From Mobula birostris (lineage: Eukaryota), in assembly GCF_030028105.1 (NCBI RefSeq), contig NC_092397.1:42226613-42290612 (forward strand): DNA of 64,000 bases, given 5' to 3'. Position 1 is the stretch's first letter. Each line of letters opens with the position of its first letter. Below the pieces are notes generated by a model. The model was not told the DNA's origin. It did no database searches and saw only the letters and a program-made list of their open reading frames with translations. A program made the position numbers and the translations under genes. Of this stretch, positions 25,360-39,000 are shown one piece after another.

Positions 25360-25540
25360 CGACTGCTGCTGTCTCCTTTTATACACAGCGCCCCAACCTG
25401 CCCGAGAAATGCTCAGAGAGAAAGAGGTGGGAATGGGGGCAGACAGAGTCAGAGAGGTGGACAGAGCCGAGAGCGACCTCTCATCTTCCAGCTCCACCTT
25501 TACTCTCCCACAACCATCAATTTCCAACAGTTTATCCACA
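25360..25540 (-). promoter_or_regulatory. Orphan duplicate of the H4 promoter (no H4 CDS)
   Basis: Aligns with 13578-13750, including CTGCTGCTGTCTCCTTTTATACACAGCGCCCC. Confidence 0.85.
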
Positions 25541-25744
25541 ACAGAACAGAATCACAGCGCTCAGATAAACCTTCAGATGCACATCTTCAATGTTGGTCAG
25601 TCTGTAAAGTTAACACATAACACTCTGGAGAACTGACACATAAACTCTTTAAATTTCTGCTGAAATCTCCTAAAACTAACCAATGATACTCTGGAACAAT
25701 GAACAATTTCAAAGATGGGAATTCTGACATTCCAGTAAAACACA

Positions 25745-25832
25745 GAGACAGTTGGAAACACACAGCAGGTCAGGCAGCGCCCGTGGACAGAGAAACAGAG
25801 TTAACGTTTCAGGCCGAAGCCCCTTCATCAGA
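25745..25832 (-). mobile_element. Penelope pseudo-LTR fragment with hammerhead core (helix I disrupted)
   Basis: Minus strand CTGATGAAGGGGCTTCGGCCTGAAACGTT. Confidence 0.7.
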
Positions 25833-27118
25833 TACACTCATTGCGCATTCCGAATTCCATCCGGAGCTGTGAATGAACCTTTGTGAATGATGCACCAGGA
25901 CCCCAAGTTCCCTCTGCACTGCCAGACCCTGTTGTCTTTGAACATTTCAGGAATGTTCTGTGTTACATAATTTTCCTGCCAAAATGCACGAGTTCACACT
26001 CTCCCTCCTCCACAATATCCCAGCTGTCAGACCCGTGTCCAATCACATCACCTGTATCTACCCCTTTGTAGACTCCTCACCACTCTTCACAACTCAGTTT
26101 CCATCTCTGTTTGTCATCAGCAAGTTCAGAAATCACTGTCAGCTGTCATTTCCCCAACCTCCTGTGATGGAGCGGCGTATCAAATGTGTCCTGGACATCT
26201 CAGTTCAGTGCATCCCCCGGGACCCTTTATCCACAGTTGGTGTTACTGTTCCAAACACTCAAATGTATTTGTAAAAACATGGAGTCACTTTCACCAGACT
26301 CTGTTGACTTTGCCTGATGGTTTTGTAAGCTGGCAATAATTTCCTGCTTTGTTACAGCTTCAAATGTTTTCCTGGTACAAGTGGTGAACACTCTGGTCTG
26401 GAGTTTCTTGTTTTCTGCTTTTGCTTCAGACTACAGAATCTGCAGTTATTTATTCTAATTTTTATTTCTTCTCTATTTACTTATTTTTTCTCCAATTTGG
26501 AGCAAAGGAGTTACTCAAAGTGGTCTTCCCTACAGACACAGACTAGTTTTGAACCCTGTCATTGTTTCCGTCTCCTATCGTGTCTGGATTTTAGTCTCCG
26601 ATACTCCAGCACTTGGGTCCTGACCATCCTCACCCAGGTCTGCCGTCACTGATGAAGTTTATTGATCCGGTTCATATGGGCCTCAGTCAGGCCATTTGGC
26701 AAATTGGATCCAGAATTGGCTTTGCAATAGGAGACAGAGTGATGGCAGAGAGTAGTTTTGTGATCAGATGCTGGTGACAGGCGTTGTTCCACATGGATCT
26801 GTTCTGGGACCCTTGCTGTTTGTGATACAACTGAGTGATTTGGGAGTGGATATAGGAACCGTGAGCAGTAAGTTCACACTGACTGTGGGATGATGGAGTT
26901 ATTGCTGGTGTGGATGGTCATCTTGGGCTAAAGTGTGACATCGATGTGTTGATGAAATGAGCTGAGACCAAAACAAGTAAATCAGTTTGTGTGAGAATTG
27001 GGATTTCCCATCAAACAACCCCAAAACTCCCATCAGGGAGATCAGAGGGATAATGTGTGTCAACACCACAACAGTGTAATGAAGAGAAAACGATAACCAT
27101 TTCTTCTTCCAGGTTAGT

Positions 27119-27400
27119 GGCTTTTAAAAGAGCCTTTTGTTGTGTTTGCTGCTGAGGCCAGGCTGAGGCTCGCTTCCGGCGGATGCGGCGAGCCAACTGA
27201 ATGTCTTTGGGCACAAAGGTGACTCGCTTGGTGTGGATAGTGCAAAGAGCCCGACCAGGTAAGCCTCATTAGTCTCCTCCAGGCCTTTGATGGCCGAGCT
27301 CTGGGAGCATAGATCGGTTTTGAAGTCCTGCCTCATCTTCTGCACCAGATGCTGGAAGGGAAGTTTGCGGATGAGCAGCTCGGTGGATTTCTGGTTGCAT
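27119..27400 (-). pseudogene. Histone H3 pseudogene, 5'-truncated
   Basis: [50 protein letters not shown], deletion/frameshift, [11 protein letters not shown]; stem-loop GGCTCTTTTAAAAGCC 27134-27119. Confidence 0.95.
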
Positions 27401-27411
27401 TGGTTCCCCCT

Positions 27412-27595
27412 CAGAGTCACAGTGATGTGCTGATAGCTCCCCAAGAATACCCATACAGACACCCAGGGATATTCAGTGCTCCTTTACATCTATCAATTAT
27501 TTACAGAGTCACAGTGATGGGCCGATAGCTCCCCAAGCATACCCACACAGACACCCAGGGATATTCAGTGCTCCTTTACAGTTATCAATTATTTT
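27412..27595. repeat. Tandem duplication, 2 x 92 bp
   Basis: CAGAGTCACAGTGATG... starts at 27412 and 27504. Confidence 0.9.
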
Positions 27596-27599
27596 ACTG

Positions 27600-29650
27600 A
27601 TATTTTTTTCAATGTCAGCTTATTATCCAGCCACATGCCACAAAATCTGACCACTGACACGTATTCAAGAGTTTGATCATAACATTTCAAATCAATTGGT
27701 ATTGAGGATGATATGGATCAATAAAGAGTTCTATTGATCATCTTTGTAAAACACAAAACATATTTTAGCTACTGAAAGCTTAAAACCACATCGATTTGCA
27801 CACTGTTCGATCTTATTAATCACTAATCACATACTATATACAATTAAACTGAATTTTCTACCTCTGATCCATAAAGCTCCATCATCTGCAAAAAGTGATT
27901 TCCCCACCCCAGTACCTATCTTACAGAAAATATCATTGGTCATAATATTAAACAAAAAAGGTGACAAATACTGTCTTATGAGGTCCAATTCTCCACCACA
28001 TAGAAGCCCAAATATATCTTACACACCCTTACCTGCCTAAACCATACAAATAAAAACTCAGAAAAAAATAATGTAGCTTTCCCCTCACACCACATTTCCA
28101 TAATTTAATCCTTTCATAACATATCATATGCTTTTTCAGTACAAAAATACTGCAATTACAACTTCTTTATTTACCCGTGCTTTCCTAATATCATCTTCCA
28201 AATATAAAACTGAATCCAATGTCATTCTACATTTCCAAAATCTGCACTGACAAAATGCTACATCACCTCTCTTTTCTAAAATATAATTCAATCGCTCTAT
28301 TACCATATGTTCTGCAAATTTACCAAAATGAGATGGGACGTTAATGATGTTGGTCTATAACTAGATGGATCCTATGGGGATTTTTAGGTTTTGGAACAGG
28401 ATCTACCATTTTCTATGAGGAGGGAAGATGGTTTAAACTGCAAATATAATTAAAAAGTGTAAATATTATCTCAAGAGTTTTAAGCCATATGTTTAAACAT
28501 AAAATAACATATATCATCCTTTCCTGGAGCTGTCTGAAATGTACTGTTAATAGCTTTCTTAAGTTCACACAAAGAAAACTCTACATCACTGTAATAGCTA
28601 CAGCTGGCTTTCAACGCATCAGAGTATCGCTGAAACCCTCATCCCTACATCGTTTAGCTCTTCACTTAAATTATATTGATTATGAATTGCAGCAAATGAC
28701 TGAGCCAGTAACTCAACCTTCTCTACTTCAGTAACAATCACCTTCCTTAATCAATACTGGAATCTTATTAACCCTATGAACCCCCTCCCCCCAATTTTCT
28801 TAATCATTCCTCAAACATCTCCAAGTTTAATATCTCGTCAACACTATCACAAGATGACCTCCAGGAAACCTCTTTCGCAACCTTCACCAGTTTGCTCACC
28901 ACATCCTGTGTCCTTTCATACTTAATAAGGTCAACTTTCCCAAACACCTTATTTCTCTCCCTATTTGCCTCTGTAGACTCCTCCATCCACCATGGCACAC
29001 TTTCTCCTATTAATGCCATTTTGAACAGGAGACACTTCCACAGCAGTTTGATGACTAATGTGACATAACAATTCAATGCAGAAATCTCAATGTTCAGCCC
29101 TGACAGACGTTCATCACGTAAAACTTCTCCCAGTTTGCTTTACCAAAATTCCACCTCCCAAAAACATACTGCTGTCCCCTATATAACTCCAAACCTAAGC
29201 TTATAAATATAGGAAAATGATCACTCCTCAGTGTCTCATCACCCATAACATCACTCACTCACTCCAGCCAGAATGCTGGAAACTGGAGTTAAATCTACAG
29301 CGGTTTCTGAACTGTCATAAACATTAAATCTCATAGCCTTCCCATCATTAAGGCACAAAGATTGGAAATACCTAAAAATTCTTCTACAATCAAACCATTC
29401 CATGAATGACCCCACAGTGAACTATGTGCACAAAAATACCCACACTATACAACCCTTGGTGAGCTGGAGCTACATATACTTTCTAGCAAAGTAAACAAAA
29501 GCTTTCCACAAGAGTTTTACCACTTTAATGTCCCTACCTGTTGAATCAAATACTTCTACTACAAATGCCTCGAACACTTCATTCACTTCCGCAACTCTGT
29601 CATATCCCTTTCCTTATCAAAGTTGCATCACCACCCCCTCTACCATCGAA
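27600..29650 (-). mobile_element. Highly decayed I/Nimb-group LINE (endonuclease and RT remnants)
   Basis: EKAYDML (~28140), SDHFPIFI (~29220) and VPWW motifs; AT-rich. Confidence 0.6.
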
Positions 29651-29961
29651 CCTATCATGCCGAATTACAATATAATACTGCAAAGGAAAACCTAAATGTG
29701 GTAACAGCCAGGTTTCCTGAGTAGATATAATAATGGGTGAATTTGATGAATCAGAAATCAACTTCTTAATGCCTTGACAATCAGACTTCTCTCATTCCAC
29801 TGCAATATTCAAATCCCATTATGTACCTGCACAAAGAGACTGAAATACAGACACCCCACCCATCAGACCTTCATTTACAGTTTCCCACATAACACCAGTT
29901 ATACCGAGATACTTTCAGCAGCTTCCACACTAGTTTTAACTTTCTCAGTACAACTAGATAT

Positions 29962-30560
29962 CTGAGAAGCTGGCTGAATGTACTGTGCCCAACCAATACA
30001 TTATGTAGTGGATGGGAGAAGTTGTCCAAGATGGCATGCAACGTCAGAGAGTCCAGTTCCATCCCCACAACATCACTGGCCTTACGAATGAGTTTGTTGA
30101 TGTTGGTGCCTGCTACCCTCAGCCTGCTGCCCCAGCACACAACAGCAAACATGGCCACCACAGACTCGTAGAGCATCCTCAGCATCGCCCGGCAGATTTT
30201 AAAGGACCTCAGTCTCCTCAGGAAATAAAGACGGCTCTGACCCTTCATGTAGACAGCCTCAGTGTTCTTTGACCAGTTCAGTTTATTGTCAATTCGTATC
30301 CCTAGGTATTTGTAATCCTCCTCCATGTCCACCCTGACCCCCTGGATGGAAACAGGGGTCACCGGTGCCTTAGCTCTCCTCAGGTCTACCACCAGCTCCT
30401 TAGTCTTTTTCACATTAAGCTGCGGATAATTCTGCTCACACCATGTGACAAAGTTTCCTACCGTAGCCCTGTACTCAACCTCATCTCCCTTGCTGATGCA
30501 TCCAACTATGGCAGAGTCATCCGAAAACTTCTGAAGATGACAAGACTCTGTGCAGTAGTA
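29962..30560 (-). mobile_element. Rex1 RT C-terminal fragment
   Basis: KFSDDSA, KTKELVVDLRR, YKYLGIRIDNKLNW, RLYFLRRLRSF. Confidence 0.9.
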
Positions 30561-32693
30561 TACCCAACTTGGTTTACAGATTAGACAAAATCACTAAACA
30601 AAGTATTACATACACACTTGGAGGTTGACGGGCGGGGCGGGGGTGCTACCTCCCTGAAATGGTGGTGATATCTCCCTGAAATGAGTTTTTGCAGGCTGGG
30701 ATGTCTGAGGTTTGCTGCAGGAAATGATCTCCCATTTTGCCAGGTTTGCCGCAGGAAATGATCTCCCATTTGTGCGGCTTCATTCAAGCAGGGAAGCTGA
30801 AGGCGCCAGTCTGCACTGAGGTTCGATTTCAGAACTATCAAGTGGCCCTCAAAGCTGCTACCACACCATTTATATCAAGCAAACAGATTCTAATCATGTG
30901 ATGTCATTTTGTTAATTTGTAAATAATCTAGATAGATTTAGAAATCAGATAATTTCAGAAAGAACGCGAAGGGTAGTTTATTTTCAGCTTTATTCCATCC
31001 AGTCTGAAATATAAACTTTTTACCATATCTGTAAGAATGGGAAATTAATTGGATCTGTACAATGAAAGCCTTACTTTGTGTCATGTAAGTTGTGTCACTT
31101 TCTTTCTCCCTGTTTGCTTTATCTAGTCAAGAGTGAGGTACAAATCAAATCAAGTTTAATTATCATTCAGCCATAATAGATACGGCGAATGAGGCAGCGT
31201 TCCTCGGGGCCATGGTGCAGAGCGAACAAAATAGTGCATTCAAAAAAGTGAGTAGAGAAGCCTCTTCACGTGGGATAAGAACATTTATGTAGTCCAACAC
31301 CCTCAGTGACATGGTACAATCTCCTGGCAGCGTACAGACACGTGCAGTCCAGACTGTTGTTCCACCGCTTGAACAGGGGAGGGCAGCACCAACGGGAGAG
31401 GCCAGCCCCCTGCTGAGCGCAGATGCCACGTTGCACCGCCTCCAGTGTTCCCTCACCTGGCCTGCAGCTCCACGGCTCGAGGTCTCATCCCCGCTACAAT
31501 CGAGGCTACGTGGCTTCTACAATCGCAGCACCAGACAAGTGTAACAGGCCTGCGGCAACTTACACTATCACTGTGCAAAAGAGTCTTGCGACTGCAAGTG
31601 AAATAACCACGACAATCACCACGGTTATATAATACGCCACCTTCACGCACCAACTCCGATGCCTCTGTGTGGCAGGCAGCAACACAGTCGCGAGGTCAGG
31701 TCTTCCGAACCCAAACTACCTCCTCCGACATCCCGATTTATAAAGTGTGTTGTAGCTGCAGACTCAAGCTCTGTATAAATTTTGGGTTTATTATGTACAT
31801 AAATAGAAGCAAGAGTTAGGCCATTCAGCTCTGTGGGCCTTCTCTGTCATTCAGAATTTGTTGATCTCTTTATATTCTATTCACAAATCTTGCATCCCTT
31901 GATTCCTTTCAAAGTTCAAAGTAAATTTTATTATCAAACTACATACATATCACCATATACAACCCTGAGATTCACTTTCCATTTGGCATACTCAGCAAAT
32001 CTATAGAATAGTAACTATAACAGGATCAATGAAAGATCAACCAGAGTGCAGAAGACAACAAACTCTGCAAATACAGATATAAATAAATAGCAATAAATAA
32101 CAAGAGCATGAGATAAAGAGTCCTTAAGGTGAGGTCATTGGTTGTGGGAACATTTCAATGATGGGGCAAGTGAGTGTGGTTATCCTCTTTTATTCAAGAG
32201 CCTGATGTTGAGCTTTCATTGTAATAATAATGATAATAATAAGTACTTTATTGATCCCTAGTAGGGAATTCTTTCATCACAGCAGCAACATTTAAAGACA
32301 CATTTAGCAGTCTGCAGACTTAACTAATAATAAAGTACAGAATAATAATATGAACAATAATTTACCAATGTGCAATAATTTGCAATAATAATGTGTAATA
32401 ATTATGTATTGAGTTGCTGCCACTTGATTGGCTGCTGAGGATATTTGCATTAATGAGTAGGTGTACCTAATAAAGAGGCCACTGGGTGTATATAGTCCAA
32501 CATGAGAAACATCATTCCCTTGTGCCCGTTTCAAAGCTCCACTAATAAACAACCTGTTGAACTCAGCTGCAATACGCAAGCATATCTTTGCTCAGTTAGG
32601 AAGACCAGACACGTGCATGATATTCCAGATGCAATCTCAGCAGAAAACATAAATTTTCAAACTTGCTGTTTTTAAAAAAAATACTTCTTTTAG

Positions 32694-34060
32694 TGTCTCG
32701 GCCTGAAACGTCAACTGTACCTCTTCCTAGAGATGCAAACACGAGGAATTCTGCAGATGCTAGAAATTCAAGCAACACACATCAAAGTTGCTGGTGAACG
32801 CAGCAGGCCAGGCAGCATCTCTAGGAAGAGATGCAGTCTGGAGGAAGTGCGAGGAGCCAAAGGAGAAATTATTAAGAGTAAGGACTAATTCTGCTAAATG
32901 GAGCAGAGTGGTGGTAGAGGAGAACTGATTAGGTCTGGAATCCAAAAAGAAGCGGAGAACTTTGAGACCTTCCTGATGTGGGATGGAAGTACATAGGGAC
33001 TGGACATCCATGGTGAAAATAAATTGGTGGGGGCCAGGGAACTTAAACTCATCGAAAAGTTTCAGAGCGTGAGGAGTGTCACAAACATAGGTAGGAAGGG
33101 ATTGAACAAGGGGGGATAAAACCGTGTCAAGGTATGCAGAGATGAGTTCGGTGGGGCAGGAGCAAGCTGAGACAATAGGTCGGCCAGGACAGGCAGGTTT
33201 GTGGATCTTGGGTAGGAGGTAGAAATGGGAAGTGGGAACTATAAGGTTGGGAGCAATGGATGGGAGATCCCCTGAGCGGATAAAGTCGGTGATGGTGTGG
33301 GAGACAATGGCCTGGTGCTCCTTAGTGGGGTCACAATTGAGGGGTGAGTAAGAGGAGGTATTCGCGAGTTATCGCTGTAACTCAGCAAGGTAGAGGTCAG
33401 TAGGCCAGACTATAACAGCAACCCCCAAATCGGCGGGTTTAATAGTAAGGTTAGGATTAGTGCGGAGGGAGTGGAGAGCAGAGCGTTCAGAAGGAGTGAG
33501 GTTGGAATGGGAACAAGGTGCGGTGAAGTCGAGACAGTTGATGTCCCATTGGCAGTTAGCAATAAAGAGATGCAGGGCAGGCAGAAAACCAGAGCAGGGT
33601 GTCCATGAAGAGGAGGAGGGTTGAAGATGGGAGAAGGGGTCATTCGATGGGAGTGGAAGAGTCCTTGCCGAAGAAGTAGGCTCGGAGACGGAGACGGCGG
33701 AAGAAGAGTTCCGCATCATGGCGAACGCAGAACTCGCTGAGGTGTGGGCGAAGGGGGAGAAAGGTGAGGCCCTTACTGAGGATAGAGCGTTCTGCCTCCG
33801 ACAGTTGAAGGTCGGAGGGGATGGTAAAGACCCGGCATGGATGAGAGCTGGGATCAGAGCGGGAACGGGGGAGGCTGGGGGTGTCAGTGGAGAGGGGATG
33901 GTTGGGGTGAGAGGAAGGTGGAGCCTCTGAGTACCCAGGAGCTGACGGTGGGATCTCAAGGAAACGGAGTTCCAGAGTGGTGGTGGGGAAGGGGAGACGG
34001 GAGTCACAGTAGCAGCACATAAAGACCCGGCCTGGAGTTCAAGGCTGGAGTCGCAGTTGG
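32694..34060 (-). mobile_element. Penelope RT fragment with inverted pseudo-LTR pieces
   Basis: LSEAERSILSKGLTF, TIKPAD, MDVQSLCTSIPHQEG, LAELVLTLNNFSFG; pseudo-LTR pieces in both orientations at 32694-32830. Confidence 0.9.
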
Positions 34061-34888
34061 TGCACTTTGGACCTCAGCTCCAGCTGTAATCTACCCATGT
34101 TCCTGACCATTGGCGTTCTTGACCCGGACCACAGCTCCGCCGAATTCTCAGCCTACTCCCCAGTTCTGTCTGTACATCCTGCTTATATTTGAGACGATAT
34201 CTCAAACTCCGGACAAATGAGTAAGCCAGATGTTGTAAATGGGAATTTTGCAGACCCATGAGAGGCAAGCATTTCATCCATGCCTATTTCAATAAAATCT
34301 TTAAATTGAAGGGGATCTTAGTATCACAGAAAAGGCCTTTTGGCCCATCTAATCCATGGCGAACTATTTGAACTCCCTACTCCCATCAACCTGTACTGGG
34401 ACCATAGCCCTGCATACCCCTATCACCCATGTACCTATCTAAACTTCTCTTAAATGTTGAAATCGAGATCACATGCACCACCTGCACTGGCAGCTCATTC
34501 CACACACTCACAACCCTCTGAGTCAAGACGTTTCCCCTTCTGCTCCCCTTAAACTTTTCACCTTCACCCTTAAACCATCACCTCTAGTTGTAGTCCCATC
34601 CAACCTCAGTGGAAAAAGCCTGCTTACCTTTACCCTATCTATACCCCTCAGAATTTTGTATACCTCTATCAAATCTCCTCTCAGTCTTCTACGTTCTAAG
34701 GAATAAAGTCCTCACCTGTTCAATCTTTCCTTATAACTCAGGTCTTTCAGTTCTGGCAACATCCTTGTAAATTTTCTTCTGTACTCTTTCAATCTTATTT
34801 GCGAACTTTGTAGATTAAATCTCACCATATAGAAACCGGCAATGGGTAATATTTTATTTATTTAAAATTTGAAGTTAGAGGGGTTGAA

Positions 34889-35190
34889 GGGCAGGCACCA
34901 TGGTGGTGTAGCAGTTAGCACAATGCTATCACAGTTCAGGGTGTTCCAGAGTTGGGAGTTCAATTCCAGCGCCTTCTGCAAGGAGTTTGTACATTCTCTC
35001 CGGGACCACGTGGGTTTCCTCCAGGTGCTCCGGTTTCCTCCCACATCCCAAAGACGTACCGGTCCATCGGTTAATTGGTCATTGTAAAGTGTCCTGTGAT
35101 TAGGCTACTGTTAAATAGGTGAGTTGCTGGGTGGTGCAACTTGTTGGGCCGGAAGGACCCATTCCGTACTATACAGTATCGCTAAATAAA
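34889..35190 (+). mobile_element. tRNA-derived V-SINE (HE1-like)
   Basis: A/B-box-like head and V-core GGGTTTCCTCCAGGTGCTCCGGTTTCCTCCCACA; AATAAA tail. Confidence 0.85.
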
Positions 35191-35920
35191 ATAATACAAA
35201 ATAGAAATAATTATATACATATGAAATATGTTTATTAGAATTATTAAAATACATGTCTATAAACTCTGCATCAAAATAGAAATAAAGTTTAATATTTTAC
35301 ATGAATACTGTAAACACTTCTGGGGAGTATTTTAAATTCTACTTTACAACTATGAATACACTACACATAAAAAGAAAATCTGAATAAACTAATTCTTTTT
35401 GTACTCAATTTTTAAAAGTTTCACAAGTTTGTTTTCACGTCTACATGGCACAGTCAAACTGAACAAAAGCTGGCCTGACTGGAGCACATTTTACAAGGTC
35501 TCAACTTATACCAGAGATAATTCTGTTCTAGCAATCCTTATCAAGAGCATGTTCAAAGCAAACTTTTTCAAGCCGTTCAAACTGCACATAAGTTTGGGCA
35601 AAATTAAAATTATCTCCAAACTCATCACTTTTCAAGAGAACCTTGGAAAGCGGGAACAATGAAACATCGGAATAATGCAGGGGAATGAAATTGTAAAATT
35701 AATCTCTTGTTTCAATTCCCCGATTTTCATAATTTTCTTGCTACAAAATAACGCGTCTCACTGATAAAATGTAGGGTCGCATTTCAAGCATATGATATCG
35801 CTGAAGAAGCGCGACTTTTTTTTTTACACTAAAGTGAATACAGATACGGTATCAGTCCACACAGTCGTAGAGCTCTCTTTAGTTCCTTGATGTCTGCAGC
35901 CATGTTTCCTCCATTCTCTC

Positions 35921-36012
35921 TCAAACATTGACTGAAGAGGAACTGGGGTTATTCCGGCAAACGAAATGTGCAACCAACTGTCCATCACCAATCATCAGCA
36001 ACAAACCGACAC
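35921..36012 (-). CDS. TMEM244: TMEM244-like last coding exon
   Basis: ttcttttag acceptor; (G)[29 protein letters not shown]. Confidence 0.85.
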
Positions 36013-39000
36013 CTAAAAGAAGAATCACAGTCGTTAAAACTCATAACTATCACCATGGTCTACGAACTGTACAGATAGTCTTACAATACTTTATAAGATG
36101 GAATAGGTTTAAGATCAGGCATCAGAAATTTAAAAGGGGCATCAGGGGCAGCTTCTCAGTGCAAAGGGCAGTGAGTATGTATTTGGGATGAGCTGCCTGA
36201 TACAGTACAGTGCAAAAGTCTCAGGCACACAGACACAGCTGAGGCTTTTGCACGGTGCTGTACTTGTCAATGTGGAGCAGAGAGCGAGTTTGTAACTCCG
36301 TCAGGAGCAAAGGATGTTGGGAATAGTGAGCGTGGAGCGCCGTGGGACAGGTGGAAGCAGAGGAGTGCCAGGGGTGGGGGTTTGCTGTAAGTGCAGATAC
36401 ACCCTGCCCTGAGACAACAGGCAAGGTCATTTGATGCCAAACAATTGGTTTATTAATCATTCCAGAATGTCTCTCTGGTGCTTCCCTCTCCCTTCCCCTT
36501 TTCCCAACTCCCTTCCCACTCTCAGTTCACAATAGAGACCCATAGGTTTATCACCACTCACATATGCCATGAAATTTGTTTTTTTTTGCAGCAGTATAGT
36601 GCAATATATAAAATTACTAGAGTACTGTTTCGTGGAAGTCTGTGAAGAGTAAGAATTTCAAGTTGTATACTGTATACGTTCTCCGATATTAAACTGAACC
36701 ATTGAACATTTAAAAACCATCAAGCACATGGATTGGAGAGGTTTAAAGAGCTATGATCCAAACATGAGCCGATGAGAGTAGATTGCTGTATAACATGGTC
36801 AGCAGAGACAATTTAGGCCAAAGGGCCTGACTCTATGACTAACTATGATAACGTCATTTCAGCATTGTATCTCTGTTAAGCTGCAAAAAAAAATAGTGCT
36901 CATTGTCCAGTAGAGTCTGATGTAAATATTCAGAGGTGAATTGAATAAAGAATCTACAGCATGTTTATAACATTTTTGAAGAAAATCTACTCAGACTCAC
37001 CCAACGCCAACCACCATTGCCATACTAAACGAAATTCGACCATCACTGGAAATGAAATGAAACCCGAATTTAATGACTTCGCAGTGTTTCACACCTTGAT
37101 ATAAGATTCTTAAAACAAGCAAAATGAGGAGGAATTTCTTTAGCCAGAGGATGGTGAATCTTTGGAATTCACTGCCACAGATGGCTGTGGAGGCCAAGTC
37201 ACTGGGTCTGTTTAAAGCAGAGGTTGATAAGTTCTTGATTAGAAAGGGCGTTGAGGGTTACGGGGAGAAGGTAGGAGAATGGGGTGGCACGGTAGCAGAG
37301 TGGCTAGGAAAAGTTTTACAGTAACATCAGCCTGGGTTTAATTCCCGATGCTGCCTGAAAGGAGTTTGTATGTCCCCCCGGTGACCGCGTGGGTTTCCTC
37401 CGGGTGCTCTGGTTTTCTCCCAGTCCAAAGTTGTACCGATTAGTAGATTAACTGGTCATTGTAAATTGAGCTGTGATTAGGCTGGGATTAAGTTGGGAGA
37501 TTGCTGGGTGGCGCGGTTCAAAGGGCAGGAAAGGTCTACTCCATGCTGTATATCAATAAATAAACAAACAAACAAACACAGATATGAGTAAATTAATAAA
37601 TGGGATTGAGAGGGATAATACATCAGCCATGATGGTTTGGCGCAGCAGACTTCTACTTCCAACAAAGTTGGGGCTTTGCTGTCAATAACAAAGATTAAAT
37701 ATTACGTTTTTCATTGGGTTCCCTTTTTTCTGAATTAAGGCCCATGAAGAACAGTAATGTGTAGCATTACTGAATAGAGAAATAGGTAAATAAGCATTGA
37801 TCTTATAGTTCTCATCTTTTCATTCAAATCACAGAGTAGAGGACGACCATTTCCCCACCACCAGCACCCTGAAGAGCAGCCCGTAGTCCTTTCCCAAACT
37901 TCAGGCAATTATTTCCCTTTGTGCCTATCCAGTTCCTTTTTGAAAATGGTTTCTTACCACCCTGACAGCTGATGAGTTCAAAATTGTAAGTATTCTGCAT
38001 GAAATGTTTTTCTGTCTATCTCCTTCTACCCGTGACCTTGAAACCCCCTTCACACGTCCCCCACCCCCATCTGCTTAACCTGACTAGTGACAGACCCGTA
38101 CATCTCTATCAAATCAACTCTCAACCTTCATTGCTTTAAGGAGAATAAACCCAGCTTCTCCAGCTTCTCATGTTTTCTGACTTATTACTCGAGACCGTTG
38201 ATGCAGAAGTACAGCCTTTACACCAAGCCACATGTTGCCACCTCTGTCTGGTTCTGCATAAACCCTGGCAGATATACTTCATAGGCACGTACAAAGGAAC
38301 TGATGGAGAATTTCTTGGTCCCCACCTCAGTGGCCCAGGATATACTAACCAGTGAAACAAAGAACAATTAGAATAATTGACACTGAGGAAAACAATAGTA
38401 TTTAAAGCCGATATAAAATGACTCTCATATTCCAATTCATGATATGATTAAATCGGAGTTCTTACCTGCTGAAGTCAGCAGGATATGGCTGAGTGCAACT
38501 GTGAAAGAGTAGTCCCAAACCCTTTCCTTAACTATAGCTGCAAACAGCAGACCGCTGATGAAATATGTCAGTTCCATTGACAGCAGGTTCACTAGGAGAG
38601 TGAAGAAAGAAACTTATTGACAAGATTCATTACAAGTACCACTGTAAAACCATTTATTGTAAACTATTAGCGAAAACTAACAAGCATAAGCAGTAAACCA
38701 CTGGAAATACTACTTTATTTTAAGGTAAGTAGACCAAAACTGTGTACAGTATTCCAGGTTTAGTCTCAACAATAGGTTGTACAACTATGATAAAACCTAA
38801 ACTCGCAACTGGTAGGGCGACCCTATGATCCTCTCATATTAAACTCTCTATTTTTAAACTCTAGTTGCTTTTCAATAAATGCAAAAATGCCACTTGCCTT
38901 CTTAACTACACATTGGATCCGCATACCAACTTTTGGTTCCAGAGGTGCATTACCCCAAATATTCCCTAAGCCAATCATTCTATCTATGTCAGAATGCAGA

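Noticed and set aside
30708-30772. 34-bp tandem duplication
   Set aside because: Simple two-copy local duplication beside a repeat end; no further structure
32420-32490. CCAAT plus octamer ATTTGCAT resembling an H2B promoter
   Set aside because: Lies in what looks like a Tc1-type terminal repeat (GTGTACCTAATAAAGAGGCCACTGGGTGTA); no H2B CDS nearby
32520-32670. Possible exon with LRLHLEYHARVWSS
   Set aside because: Decayed CR1 motif ([13 protein letters not shown]) with stops
34074-35645. Exon-like minus-strand segments at ~34075-34283 and ~35510-35642
   Set aside because: In-frame stops, no recognised homology, and they lie downstream of the TMEM244-like stop codon
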